DNA of 64,000 bases, from positions 434,001-498,000 of the forward strand of contig OZ374563.1 in assembly GCA_977862235.1 (NCBI GenBank), given 5' to 3'. A model generated the notes under the pieces. It was given only the letters and a program-made list of their open reading frames with translations, ran no database searches and had not been told where the DNA came from. Shown here piece after piece: positions 53,454 through 64,000 of the stretch; position 1 is the first letter of the stretch, and each line of letters begins with the position of its first letter. A program made the position numbers and the translations under genes. Source of the DNA: Dudresnaya verticillata. Lineage: Eukaryota.

Positions 53454-54125
53454 TTAGTACGTGGCAGCACCCTTGGTCTTCTTCTGGTCACCGAGCTCGA
53501 AGTGCTTGCAGCGCTTGATAACGCGTTGGTGCTTGTAGCCACAGACAGTGCACTCGAGACGGAGAACAATCTTCTTCGTCGTTTTGGCCTCTGCATCGCA
53601 ATTAGATACGAGAAACATACAAAAACGCACGGGGGTTAGCACGGGCATACGGAAATGACAGTAAGGCATGCAACCCGCAGTCGCAACGCACTCTTGTGGA
53701 ACACGGGCTTGGTCTGGCCACCAAATCCAGCCTGCTTCGCATCGTAGCGCCTCTTTCCCTGCGCATAGAGCGAGTCCTTGCCCTTCTTGTACTGGGTAAC
53801 TTTGTGAAGCGTGTGCTTCTTACATTCCTTGGCGACGCACAGCGACTTGCGCGACTTCGGGACGACAACCTGGTCGGGCAACGGATGATGCAACGCAGTT
53901 ACGCGCGGAATCACGACGAAAGCGAACGCAGAAGTCGCAAACGGAAAGAATCCATAACGCATGTTAAGCAGAGTTAGCAACGGAAGCTTCGTAACCACCT
54001 CACCGGATCCACGCGCATACGCCAAACTCGCACGCGTCACATGCGTGCATATGCCGATGCACAAGTCTCGTCGCGATCCTATAGCTCCGGGGAGCAAAAT
54101 TGGCAATACGCCAGAAACTTACCAT
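53454..54125 (-). CDS. RPL36A: 60S ribosomal protein L36a/L44 (eL42); exons 54125-54123, 53869-53692, 53590-53454
   Basis: Spliced product [12 protein letters not shown]...[10 protein letters not shown]...[24 protein letters not shown]...[18 protein letters not shown] first intron (253 nt) and a 101-nt second intron. Confidence 0.96.
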
Positions 54126-57100
54126 TGTGAACGATGAGGGTGTCGGGCGAGAGGCGGTTCGGAGAGGAAGGATGTGCTGTGACGATCTGCTGTTCGGAGC
54201 AGAGCGAACGAAGGTCGAAATTGGGAACAAGAAGTCCGAGCCAGAATCGAGTGCGCTCGACGCGCCAGTCGACGTCGACGCCTTCGAGCAGCCAACTGGC
54301 CACGTAGCCCTAGTTTCTATGAGAGATCCTGAAGAAAAACATTGAAAATATTTAGAAAATGTTTCACAACTTTTGATTTGATTTGATTGATCTTCTGTGG
54401 AGGGAAGGTGATGATGTCCCGCTTTGTTAATGCAGGCAGGTAAGGCAGCCGTCAGCTTGACGGCGTCAAGCTTCAGATCAAGTGGTCTGGCAGCAGCGCA
54501 CGCCGTAGCTTAGCCTTGCCGGCGTTTTCGTCGATGTTGCTCAAGCTCTACTGTAGCTAATACTGATGAAGCTCCATGAGTCCATGCGCAACCAAGGGCA
54601 ATGAAAAATAGAATAATTGGCTCTCCAACCGGGCAAGTCAGCAGCAGCTTACCACTCGCTATTGCTGTTGCTTGATGGCAAGAGGCGATGACCTGCTTTG
54701 TGCTAGCTAGAAAGTCAAGATTTGTTCTCCTCAGCGAGGAGCCCTAACAGTTTCGTTCAATGATAAATGGAGTTGAGAACGTCCCTGTAAACGCGGCATC
54801 AGAGAAAGCGGACCAACACCTACGTTAGAGCGCAACCGTGTGACGGCCGGAATCGCGACGCGCTTTAAACATCCAAAGTGAATACAACAGTAGTACTGTA
54901 CCTCAACTCGCTGTACCTTGACATGATTGCGTGTTGCTTTCGTCCTGGTTGCGGAATCGATTTGTTTCTGCCTTCACAAGAGTGAGTGCTCGGTCACATC
55001 ACTCGGTTGCATCGCATGTGCTCACTCAAGACATATCGGGAAGATTTCCACATACGACTTCGCAAAGTGAATCCAGGTGGAGCTTACAACTGCGCCCTGT
55101 GGTCCTGGACAATGTTAGGCGGGTAGAATTGCGCGTGTTAATCAATGCAAGAGTAGAGAAGCATATCCATAACGACCTGATTGTTAGTGTGTGAAACACA
55201 TCTTAAGATTACATACATTGCGTCTCTCTAGCATGAACGTGCCACTAGGCAGGCAAAACGTGGCCAGATACCCTTTTGAATTGGAAGTTTTGATGTCCTA
55301 TCCAAGCATTACTTCTGTAGGTTCGTACATAGAAGCACCCCTAGAGCAGTCGACAGTAAGACCTCCTGTGAGAAAAGTGCACCTTCTGCGAAGGATTTGC
55401 TTGTGCGTGCAAACAGGAGAGACCTGACTTTAGAACGTTTGGTTACAGTGTTTAGGGAGCCTTGCATGGTGGTTGTAGATGTGGTTGTTGTAGTTATACG
55501 TCTGTGGAGGGTCCAACAGGGATCTACATATTTGTCGACAAATCGTACCGGACAGCCCGCAAAGTAAAAGAATTGTGTGACAGAACTCAGCGCACACACA
55601 GAAAAGAAGTGTATATTACTCCAAGGACTGGCAAGAGACGACCTAGTGGCAGTTAGGCAGTGCCAGTGTGGCAGTGTGTAAATGGTGAAAATGCGCGACA
55701 TGCAGATGCGGTTTTTGGTTGTGGGACACAGGTGGATGCTCTAACCGTACCGCTCTGGGGTATTTGACTCAACCCCGTTATCGCGGTTAGGGGCACGTGA
55801 GAAAGGGGATGACGATGGCACGTGCGGAGGGAATACGTTGCGAAGCAAGAGAATTGTTGCTGACGGGGGTCAACAGGGTTGTGGGTAGACGTGAGTGGCC
55901 GCAACGATGCAAAGATGAATGAAGGGTTGATGAGACATGACGGACCAAGCTGTTGCGCGTGTGAAATTCACAGTTAAGTGTTTAGTTTCGGCTAGCGTGC
56001 GTGAATGCGGCGGCAGCAGATGGATGGCCGTTCACAGCATCGACGGCCGCAGTCGATGGCTTCTGTGACGTGCGTGTTGACCGTGCGGTCTGCATTCTGT
56101 TTTGTGGATATGTGTGTGCACAAGCACAAGGTACACGCAGAGTGGTGCGGCTGCCAGAGCATCAGAAAGTGGGGCGTCTGCGCCAAACGTGGTATGGAGT
56201 TTTTCATCGCGGCTCGCTCGGGGGAGACATTGTGAAAGACTAGACAATAGAGTGTTGTAGAACACGAGGACGGCGAATCAGTATCTGAATAGGTTTACAA
56301 TCAAAACAAAAGCGTGGGCAAGGGTAGATGCATGCGGGTGTTCAACCGGGCACGAAGCGTAATGTAGATGTAATGTAATGCAGCTGACAAACTCTCAAGC
56401 ATAAAAATGTCTATAGGAGGGCTAGAGCTTATGACAGTTTGGGCCCTTCTTGAGAGCAAAACTCTCGATGTCTGTGGTGTACGGTGAGCGCGATCCAGGA
56501 CTGCGTGACGTCGGGTTGGGGCGTAGAAACTTTTACCCGTGGCAGTGAGGAAGATGGTGAGGACCGTGAGATGAAGACGGGCGTGACTGGGGCGCAGATA
56601 ATGCTTACGGTGGAGAGCCTTTTTTGGGCCGGAATCCCAAAACAAGGAATAATGCGCTGGGAACAAGGTGGACAACAATTTTCGCTTGGTTGGTCGGCGT
56701 GAGCGAATAGAGTCGGCATAGCCTGACATGTGGCAGACACACGTGGCGATGCGACGACCGGACAGCGCATGTGCCAGGACACCTGGCTCGTGTACCAGGC
56801 TCGTGTCGTACGCTGTTATTTTGGGCATGTGACCACACTCATCGTCTTTTCAGGGCAGAGATGGTTAATTGCGGAAACTTTTGATGGGGTTCGCGTTTGG
56901 AGATCTCGCAGGGAGACAGCCTCCACTGAGATAAAGTGCGTAGAAACCGAAAAGGCTGGGCTTTTTTTTATTGATGCCGGTGAATCAAAGCCAGGGCAGG
57001 CAATAATAATAAGTGCGCGCGTACGTGTGTGTGTGTCGCGTAGGCAAGAGCATTTTAAGGGCAGGGTCGAGGTGTTTTCAATATTAACATCAAGGCTCAG

Positions 57101-58407
57101 CTGGTTGGTCATCGGCCAGGTCGGATTGCAGTGGTGCGCAGGCGCAGCATCGGGCAGTGCCGAGTGCCGTAGTAAAGTTCGCGTGTTGAGAAGGAGCAGG
57201 CTTTAACTAGATTTTAATGGTAAATAAATATCTAGCTAGATCACGGACGGCTGCGGGCGAATGACTGACAAGCTCTGATGCTCACATGAGAGCGGACGCT
57301 TCTCCTTTTTTTTTAGCGCGGGTGCCGAGGGTTCATGTCTGTAATGAACGCAGTGTAAGGGCTGATCTCTTTCCATTACGGGTAAAATGTATGAGGGGTG
57401 TGGATAGGAGACAATGAAGTTGTGGCGACTGGAAAGGCGAGTGTGGCCTTGCTGGAGGCATGCGGCGGCCGGTGGATGGCGGGTGCTCGCTTGCTCTCGA
57501 GTCAAGAACGAGATGTAAAAAGCAAAATAAAAACACTAGGTGACGTCTGGAAGGGCGTAGACCCCCCGTGGCTCCTGAAAGCCGATGTGTTATGGCCCTC
57601 TGCGCTGTGAGCAATTCTTGGAGCGGGACAGGCTCAGTGGTCTACTTGTAGTGATAGACGGCGGTTGGGACGTTGGCGGAGGATGCGTTGCTCGGGACGG
57701 AGCGAGCGCCAAGCGTGGACAAGCCGAAAGGGGTTATCGCAGGAAGGGTGTGAAAGGCGTTGGACTTGGGAAGCGTGGTGAGGCGGTTGAGCGTTGTGGC
57801 ACAACTGGCACACACGACCGACAGATTGGGCTTGTATTGTACTTGCTGACAACGACGTGACGTGCAATCTGGACAGAAAGGGTTGCCATATGATCGAATT
57901 GGGGGCGTTTTGAGCAATGAAGGGGTGGCGGGCGCGTGGCGTGACAGGGAGTATGACGGAACCGGGTGCATTACACGGCGTATGAAATGCTTTGGCGAAA
58001 AACAATTGAAAACAAGGGGCGGTGCGGTCTGCGCGCGAACGCGGTGGGCAGTTTCCATTGGACTGCCACGCATGGCGCGCCGGGTGTGGCTGCTGGGCAG
58101 CCACCCGGCGTTCGCCGCCCCCCATTACAGCGGAATCGCAATGCGATCACGCACGCCACATCACCACATGCCACCTGCATGCCTTGAGGCACGCGTGCCG
58201 AAAACGCACCAACCTCGCCACGCTCACCGGCACACACACGCACGCACGCGCACCCCCGCGCACAGCCGCCGCCTTGCGCTTCGCCGCGCTCGCTCGCTGG
58301 CCATCGCCCCGCGTTGCGCTGAAAAGCCGCCGCCCAGTCCCCGCCGCGCCCCACCCTGTCGTCTCCCCCTCCCCCCTCCCCCCTCCCCACCCGCGTGCCG
58401 CCGTACC

Positions 58408-60675
58408 ATGCCCGCCCACCCACCACAACCTCCGTTCTCCGCCCTCACGTACAAGCGCGCCGCTGCCTCCGCGCGCGCGGCCTCTGACCTCGGCGTCTCG
58501 CTCTCCCCGCCGCACCACCACCCCCACCACCCCCACCACCCCCACCACCCCCACCACCCCCACCACCCCCACCGCCAACATCTCCCTCACCATCACCCCC
58601 ACCACCACCACCCTCACCCGTCCACCGACCCCGCCCTGCTCGACCCCGCCCTCGACCCTGCCACGGAGCGCACCATGTCGCTCAGCTGCATCCCCGCCAG
58701 CGCCGCGCACGCGACAGACCACATCTGCGCGCGTTGCCGCGCCCCGCCCCCGTCCCCGCCGCCCGCTTCCCTGTCCGAGTCTACGCCTGTGCCGTCGACT
58801 GCGTCTGTGCCAGCCTCTGTAACCGCCACTTCACCACCCGCAGCCCCCGCACCTGCGCCTGCCGCGCGCCTCTTCCGCCCTATCACCCCCGATATCGCCC
58901 CGTCCACCCCCGTCCCCGCCCCGCCCGCCGCCCGCCAGGACGTCCAGCCGCCCGCCCGCCGCACGCGCTCGGCCTACAAGCCCCCTACCCTGTCGTACCG
59001 CCCGTTTTCCCGTACCAAGTCCCGCGCCCCGCGCTCCCCGCGCCCGGCCCCTGCTCCGCCAGTGCCGCAGCGCCATGAGCGCCAACAGTCGGCCGGCGTG
59101 GCCGGCCAGAGGAAGCATACCCCCCCGCGTGCTGTGTACAATGCTACTACCGCGTCTGCCCGCGCCGCCGAGCTCGCTGCCGCAAAGAAGCGCGGTGGCT
59201 TTTTGGTTGAACCATCGCGTACCGCAGCCAGGGATAAGGAGCTCAGAGACGATTTGACTGTGATCCCGCCGAGCAGAACCGACGGTGGTGGTGCCTCCTC
59301 ACCGCGGCAAACCCGCATCAATCCGCCACAGCGGAAGCCGGCCGCCATCCCGGACAGGCCGGCTCGGAAGGACCGGGACCGGCAAGTACCCACGACGCAG
59401 AGACAGCCTGCTACTCGTGGGGTACCCGTAGAAATTCCTGCCCGTCGGGGACAGCCCCGTACTGTTTCCAAGATTGTCGTGAAGCGCCGCCTCATACGTG
59501 GTTCCTCTGTTTTCCGACCGGCCACGGAGGAGGACATTGAGCAATTGCTTCAGGGCGAGCACTATCGTGAGATGATAAGTGTGCCAACGGCTTCTGTAGA
59601 TATCCCACCCGTGCTACCCAATGCGCTGGCCCTAGCGCCGTCAGACTTGCTCGACGCCCCGGAAGGACAGCTATGCGTACAATGCGCGGCCCCGCTGTCC
59701 ACTGCGAGACGTGCTGCGCCCATGGCAATGCCTATACGTGGTATGCGCCGGGTATCTTCACTGCTCTCTCGGCATTTGGGTTTGGACGGCGACAGCGACA
59801 ACACGTTGGACATTGCCGAGATGGCGTCAATGGAGGACTGCGCAGCTGTGGCGGTATTCCTTAAGGAGATCCGGCGGTATCGAAAGGAAGTTGCAGTGGT
59901 CATGCAGGATAAGGCACTGGAGCGAGCATCTGACCGTTCGAGCGCACACGGACGCAAGAAGGACTTGCGCAAAAACGGAAAGGATCGCAAGTACGCAAAG
60001 GACGTTGAGAAGCTACACCGCAAGATGTGGCAGCAGAGATCGCTCTCCGCTGACGATCCAGCGCTAATGCGGGCGCTGTGTCAGCAGGAGCAAATGCTAA
60101 ATGCGCACTCGAACAACCGCAAGTACCGGATCAGGCCAGATCTCAAAGGGGATGTGGAGCAGCTCTACACGAAAACCGGTGATGACGATGACGATGACGA
60201 TGACGAATTTAATCGGGAGCGGTCACAATCCGAGCTAGTTTCGCGGTTCGGGCTCAAGCAGGCTGAGCTGGACGAGAGGTGGAAGCGGGTGATGAGCAAT
60301 TTCTCACGCACGGAGGAGCCCGCGGACGAGGCGAAGGGAGAGGGTGGGGAGCGGCGCAAGCGCGGGTTTGGCGGGGCGAAGCAGGTGGGGTCGATGATGC
60401 CTGAGAAGCGGGTAACGACATTTGATGACGACGAGGACGCGCCGCATGTGCGGATCCTAACGGCGATCGAGCCGGTGGACCCGACCATCGGAGCGGAGGA
60501 TATGAACGCGCGGAGAGGGACGAGCTATCACATGGGGACATCGGCGACGCTTGGAGTTGCTGGGAGTAGACGACGCGGGGCCGCTGCTCTGCTCGGTGTG
60601 CACGGCGTGGCAGGGGATACCGGGTTTTTGAGGAGACTGCGCTCCATAAGGAGGAGACCGGAGGAACGGTACTGA
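58408..60675 (+). CDS. Hypothetical Pro/His-rich protein (~755 aa)
   Basis: Long ORF with a GC-rich 5' end like neighbouring genes, an (HHP)6 tract, two isolated CxxC motifs and a charged helical C-terminal half. No family recognised; start inferred. Confidence 0.7.
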   Translation: MPAHPPQPPFSALTYKRAAASARAASDLGVSLSPPHHHPHHPHHPHHPHHPHHPHRQHLPHHHPHHHHPHPSTDPALLDPALDPATERTMSLSCIPASAAHATDHICARCRAPPPSPPPASLSESTPVPSTASVPASVTATSPPAAPAPAPAARLFRPITPDIAPSTPVPAPPAARQDVQPPARRTRSAYKPPTLSYRPFSRTKSRAPRSPRPAPAPPVPQRHERQQSAGVAGQRKHTPPRAVYNATTASARAAELAAAKKRGGFLVEPSRTAARDKELRDDLTVIPPSRTDGGGASSPRQTRINPPQRKPAAIPDRPARKDRDRQVPTTQRQPATRGVPVEIPARRGQPRTVSKIVVKRRLIRGSSVFRPATEEDIEQLLQGEHYREMISVPTASVDIPPVLPNALALAPSDLLDAPEGQLCVQCAAPLSTARRAAPMAMPIRGMRRVSSLLSRHLGLDGDSDNTLDIAEMASMEDCAAVAVFLKEIRRYRKEVAVVMQDKALERASDRSSAHGRKKDLRKNGKDRKYAKDVEKLHRKMWQQRSLSADDPALMRALCQQEQMLNAHSNNRKYRIRPDLKGDVEQLYTKTGDDDDDDDDEFNRERSQSELVSRFGLKQAELDERWKRVMSNFSRTEEPADEAKGEGGERRKRGFGGAKQVGSMMPEKRVTTFDDDEDAPHVRILTAIEPVDPTIGAEDMNARRGTSYHMGTSATLGVAGSRRRGAAALLGVHGVAGDTGFLRRLRSIRRRPEERY
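58516..58569 (+). repeat. Coding (CACCACCCC)6 microsatellite encoding (His-His-Pro)6
   Basis: Directly visible. Confidence 0.9.
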
Positions 60676-61071
60676 CATGTGATACGAGGATCTGTGGCTG
60701 ATTTTGAGGGTTTGGGATGTTGACGGGCTTGTCAGACGGAGTTTACGTGTGTCTGTTTGTGTAGTGTTTTAGTGGCGACTGGATAGTAGCATAGCTGTAG
60801 CGTGTAGTTTGAACATAGAAGCAAACGTGTGCGACAGCAGCAGCACTTTTGTTGTCGTCCAGCCGCCCGGTGACAGCTCAATTGTGCCTTTATTGTAAGC
60901 GCGGTGCCAACAAAAGGCGCCTTCAGACGAGGCCTGGCAGGCGAGTCTTCCAGGCCCGGAGCGAGCCGCGCCGGGTGGACCCAGCAGCCACGCCGCACGG
61001 CGCTCACACTTCCTCTCTCCGCGCCTCCCGCCGGATGCGCTGTCACTTCCCGATTGGCCATCCCCACCGTG

Positions 61072-62760
61072 ATGCATCGTTGGCAAGCCCCGTGCACCGC
61101 GCCAAACCACCTCGAATGCTCCCGACCAGCCGACCTGCATAGGCAGAGCCCAACCTTGCGACGCGCACTGCGCCTAGTAAGCGCCATCGCCTTCCCGCAA
61201 CAGCTATGTAGCCACCAACCCCGGCTCGCCTTGCCCCCGAATCCCAGACCCGCCGCTCCGTCCGCCAGGCATGAGCTCGCGCCGCGCACCGCCGTCGCCG
61301 CCACGCGCGCTCCGCGAAAGGCGCGAGCACACCTCGACGCCGCGCCGCCGCGTCTTCCGCGGCTACTGCCGCTTGCGTCGGTGCTGCTCGCCGCCGCCGT
61401 GCTGCTGGTGTTGGCGCGCAACCGTCTGCGCGCAAGCCTGTGCACCGGCCTGCTCCACGTCGCCCGCCGCGCGCACGCGCGCACCAGCGCCGCTGCAGAC
61501 CCGGACGCGCCCCGCCTCGCCACGGAGCACCGCCAACCCCACGTCGAGCTCCCCCACCGCGCGGACCAGACCGACCCGCCGCCGCCGCCGTGCGACGACG
61601 ACTTCCGGAATACGAGGTTCTGCGCGCTCAAAGCGCTGTTGGCTGGAAATGATGCGCCGGTGCGGCGACTGCTGTGGCGAGAACCGTACTTGACTACCTG
61701 TACGGCTGTTCGTGACGCGGGGGATTTGCTGCATAAGTTTGTCGTGCGCAACTTGCTGGCCGGCATTGATCACTTTGTTATATACGATGATAATTCGCCA
61801 GCCGGCGATGATGTTTCGCAGCTTCTGAAGCAGCTGCGTCCACTCTACACTCTTACCAAGGCTCCGGGCGTGGAAGATTTTTTGCGAATGGTGCACAGGG
61901 AAGGCATGACCGGCCTGAGCACACAGACCCTGATGCACAGGCAGCATATGGTGTACTGGCACTGCTTTCTGCGCTATGGAAATGCCATAGGCTGGCTGCT
62001 GCCACTAGATGCCGATGAGTTTGTCGAAGACAAGCAGCCTGTTAAGTTTGTTGGCACAGCTGAGCTTGGATTTCCACACGTGCCGTTCATGCACCGGATC
62101 TTGCAAGATGTGGAAAAGAAGAGGCCTGCACAGCTTGCCAGATGGAACTCCGTCCTCACCAATGGCAGGATTTTTCCACCGCTGACGGGGCAACGCACCT
62201 TGTCTGAGAAGTTTCCAGTTGCGTGCGGTGTTCGTGATGAGTTCGGTAATCATACCGAACCTGGTGTTTTGTACTCCGTCAAGAGTGCGGTGCAGCCAAA
62301 GTACCTGGACTACACGCATTACAGCAAGAGCGGCTCCTTCTTTGTCCATGGCATCAAACACTGGGGTCGCGTGGAGAGCGCGAAGGAGCTATGCTTCGTC
62401 GAGCCGTACGATGAGTTTGAGGTGCCTTTCAATACCACTGACACTCAGTGGATGATTCTGCACTACTGGTGTCGCAGTCTGGCCGATTTCAACGTCAAGC
62501 GAAGAAGAGGAAGACTTTCCGGATTACCGAAACGATCCATGGCTGAGCTGGCATTGCGAGAAACTTGGTGCCATGCAAACGGCCAAAAGGGCACTTCTAA
62601 GAGTGCCCTCCTTCGTCAGGGGCTTGTGAGCGATCTCCTTGGTGATATCTATTCATTTCAAAAGGTTCAAGACCAGTATAACGCAAACGTGTCCTCAAGC
62701 CTTGAACATACTCTGTACTTTCGACATCTACTGCAATCGCTCGGAATCATCCCGACGTAG
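61072..62760 (+). CDS. Type II membrane glycosyltransferase, GT92/DUF23-like (GT-A fold)
   Basis: TM LASVLLAAAVLLVLA, YLTTCTAVRD, LAGIDHFVIYDDNS, Q...YWHCF, WLLPLDADEFV (DxD) and LHYWCRS..DF..K..RG. Start uncertain. Confidence 0.75.
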   Translation: MHRWQAPCTAPNHLECSRPADLHRQSPTLRRALRLVSAIAFPQQLCSHQPRLALPPNPRPAAPSARHELAPRTAVAATRAPRKARAHLDAAPPRLPRLLPLASVLLAAAVLLVLARNRLRASLCTGLLHVARRAHARTSAAADPDAPRLATEHRQPHVELPHRADQTDPPPPPCDDDFRNTRFCALKALLAGNDAPVRRLLWREPYLTTCTAVRDAGDLLHKFVVRNLLAGIDHFVIYDDNSPAGDDVSQLLKQLRPLYTLTKAPGVEDFLRMVHREGMTGLSTQTLMHRQHMVYWHCFLRYGNAIGWLLPLDADEFVEDKQPVKFVGTAELGFPHVPFMHRILQDVEKKRPAQLARWNSVLTNGRIFPPLTGQRTLSEKFPVACGVRDEFGNHTEPGVLYSVKSAVQPKYLDYTHYSKSGSFFVHGIKHWGRVESAKELCFVEPYDEFEVPFNTTDTQWMILHYWCRSLADFNVKRRRGRLSGLPKRSMAELALRETWCHANGQKGTSKSALLRQGLVSDLLGDIYSFQKVQDQYNANVSSSLEHTLYFRHLLQSLGIIPT

Positions 62761-63201
62761 AGCGGTGTCGCTGTATTTCTTCCTGCACCGCCAGGCGCTC
62801 GATTGTGAAGAATGCGAACTTGTCTCATAAAACGGCCCATAATGATTGGCAGCAATCCAACAAAGACAGTCCGATCGGCTGTCGAAAAGCCTCTGAGCAA
62901 GTTCGTTTCAAACATACATGCAGGTAGTGCAGCAGAAAACCTGCTGGAATCCAAGCAGATGGTCCTCGATTGCCTTCGCATACAGCCATAGCAAGATACC
63001 TCCAATCGAGCGCCACAGCCATACCTTCACATAGGACGCTCTCATACCACCGGTTGGAGTAAGGACGTTTTGCGCATCACAGAGCGTCCTGTCATTGCCG
63101 ATCGCAAAATTCACATTCTTGGCTGCGGGAGTGCCGCCAACACCAGTTTGCCTTCCCGGTAAAGCACGCCTTGTCGTGAGCACGAGAGCCAGTCTATAGT
63201 C

Positions 63202-64000
63202 CTATAAGCCATCAAAAAAGCTGTTCCCACTCTCCTTGCTTTCGGCGGGCATCTCAAAAGTCTCTCGTTTCTTGCTCTTCTTTTTCTTTTTCTTTTTCGC
63301 CGGACGCGCTTGGTGCGCCCTTCCCATCCCCTTGGTCTCCTGGAGCCTATCCAACCCTTCCCCTTCATCTTGAGCTTTGCTTTCATCCTCGCCATCATCA
63401 ACAAGCAGCGCACCATCACAAAACCTGATATAGTCATCATGCCCCAGCAGCGCAAAAGCCGGCCTACCAAGCCCGGGAACACTGACCATGTCCTCGATTG
63501 GCCAAGCTTCTGGCTCAGCTCGCTTTTTCCTCTTCCCGGCCTTCTTCCCTTCTTGATATTCTTCCTCTCCAGCATATTCGAGCACCCCGACAAGCGACTT
63601 CTGCATGACATCAACAACCCTGACAACGCCATCCGTGCTCGTCGTCAGTGCAAGCGCGCCCTCCCCAACTGGCAGCACAGCATTGACACACTCGGGGTGC
63701 CCGTAGAAGCGTGAAACAAGCCGGGCCTCGTCCACCTCATTCTCTGCGTCCAAAATGCGGAGGCTGTACACATTAATAGCACCGGAGAGCGTACCTGCTA
63801 CGGCGCAGTCCGCGTCAGGGAGCACAGCAAGGGCGAGCAGGTCGTCCTGAAACGAGTCGGTCGCGTACTGCAGCTTGAGTCGCGGAAGGGGGCCCATCCG
63901 CAGGTCGTAGCAGCATAGTGTACCGTCGCCTGACGCGGCCAGCACGGCATCGGTGCCGTGGGCGGAAGCGCACCGCAGCGCCGAGATGTAGTCGCCTTGC
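63202..64000 (-). CDS. WDR55: WD40 repeat protein, WDR55/JIP5-like, 5'-truncated by window edge
   Basis: GDGTLCCYDLR, GHPECVNAV, TSTDGVVRVV, GHDDYIRF and a Lys-rich tail ending SFFDGL. Confidence 0.75.
   Translation of the reverse strand, partial: QGDYISALRCASAHGTDAVLAASGDGTLCCYDLRMGPLPRLKLQYATDSFQDDLLALAVLPDADCAVAGTLSGAINVYSLRILDAENEVDEARLVSRFYGHPECVNAVLPVGEGALALTTSTDGVVRVVDVMQKSLVGVLEYAGEEEYQEGKKAGKRKKRAEPEAWPIEDMVSVPGLGRPAFALLGHDDYIRFCDGALLVDDGEDESKAQDEGEGLDRLQETKGMGRAHQARPAKKKKKKKSKKRETFEMPAESKESGNSFFDGL

Noticed and set aside
11039..62760. Sulfotransferase plus GT92 as a polysaccharide gene cluster
   Set aside because: They are about 49 kb apart with roughly 20 unrelated genes between them.

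Overview
Compact, intron-poor eukaryotic nuclear DNA, most likely from a multicellular red alga. The taxon is an inference. It rests on nuclear-encoded plastid proteins with simple transit peptides (AtpC without the green-lineage redox Cys pair, a sigma-70 factor, IspD), few short GT-AG introns with CTRAC branch sites, and very GC-rich gene 5' ends. About 27 protein genes are supported: ProA, AtpC, IMPase, TBC1D23-like, Bin3/MePCE, a Golgi-type sulfotransferase, a histidine phosphatase, plastid sigma factor, UPF3, DPH5, bZIP, a small orphan, two E(z) paralogs, an NT-C2 coiled-coil protein, ankyrin-MYND, RAB3GAP2, IspD, dynamitin, cereblon-like, CSN3, SEC63, CK2-beta, RPL36a, a His/Pro-rich orphan, GT92-like and WDR55. 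I recognised no rRNA, tRNA, CRISPR array or intact transposon. Four things stand out. (1) A tail-to-tail pair of diverged Enhancer-of-zeste (PRC2) genes: both carry Gly at the EZH2 A677 position, and one also has A687V- and H689C-equivalent changes. (2) A clear dynactin p50/dynamitin homolog in a lineage generally described as lacking dynein. (3) A TBC1D23-like protein that keeps the catalytic Arg/Gln fingers. (4) A cereblon-like protein without the CULT domain. All homology calls come from motif recognition by eye, not from database searches.
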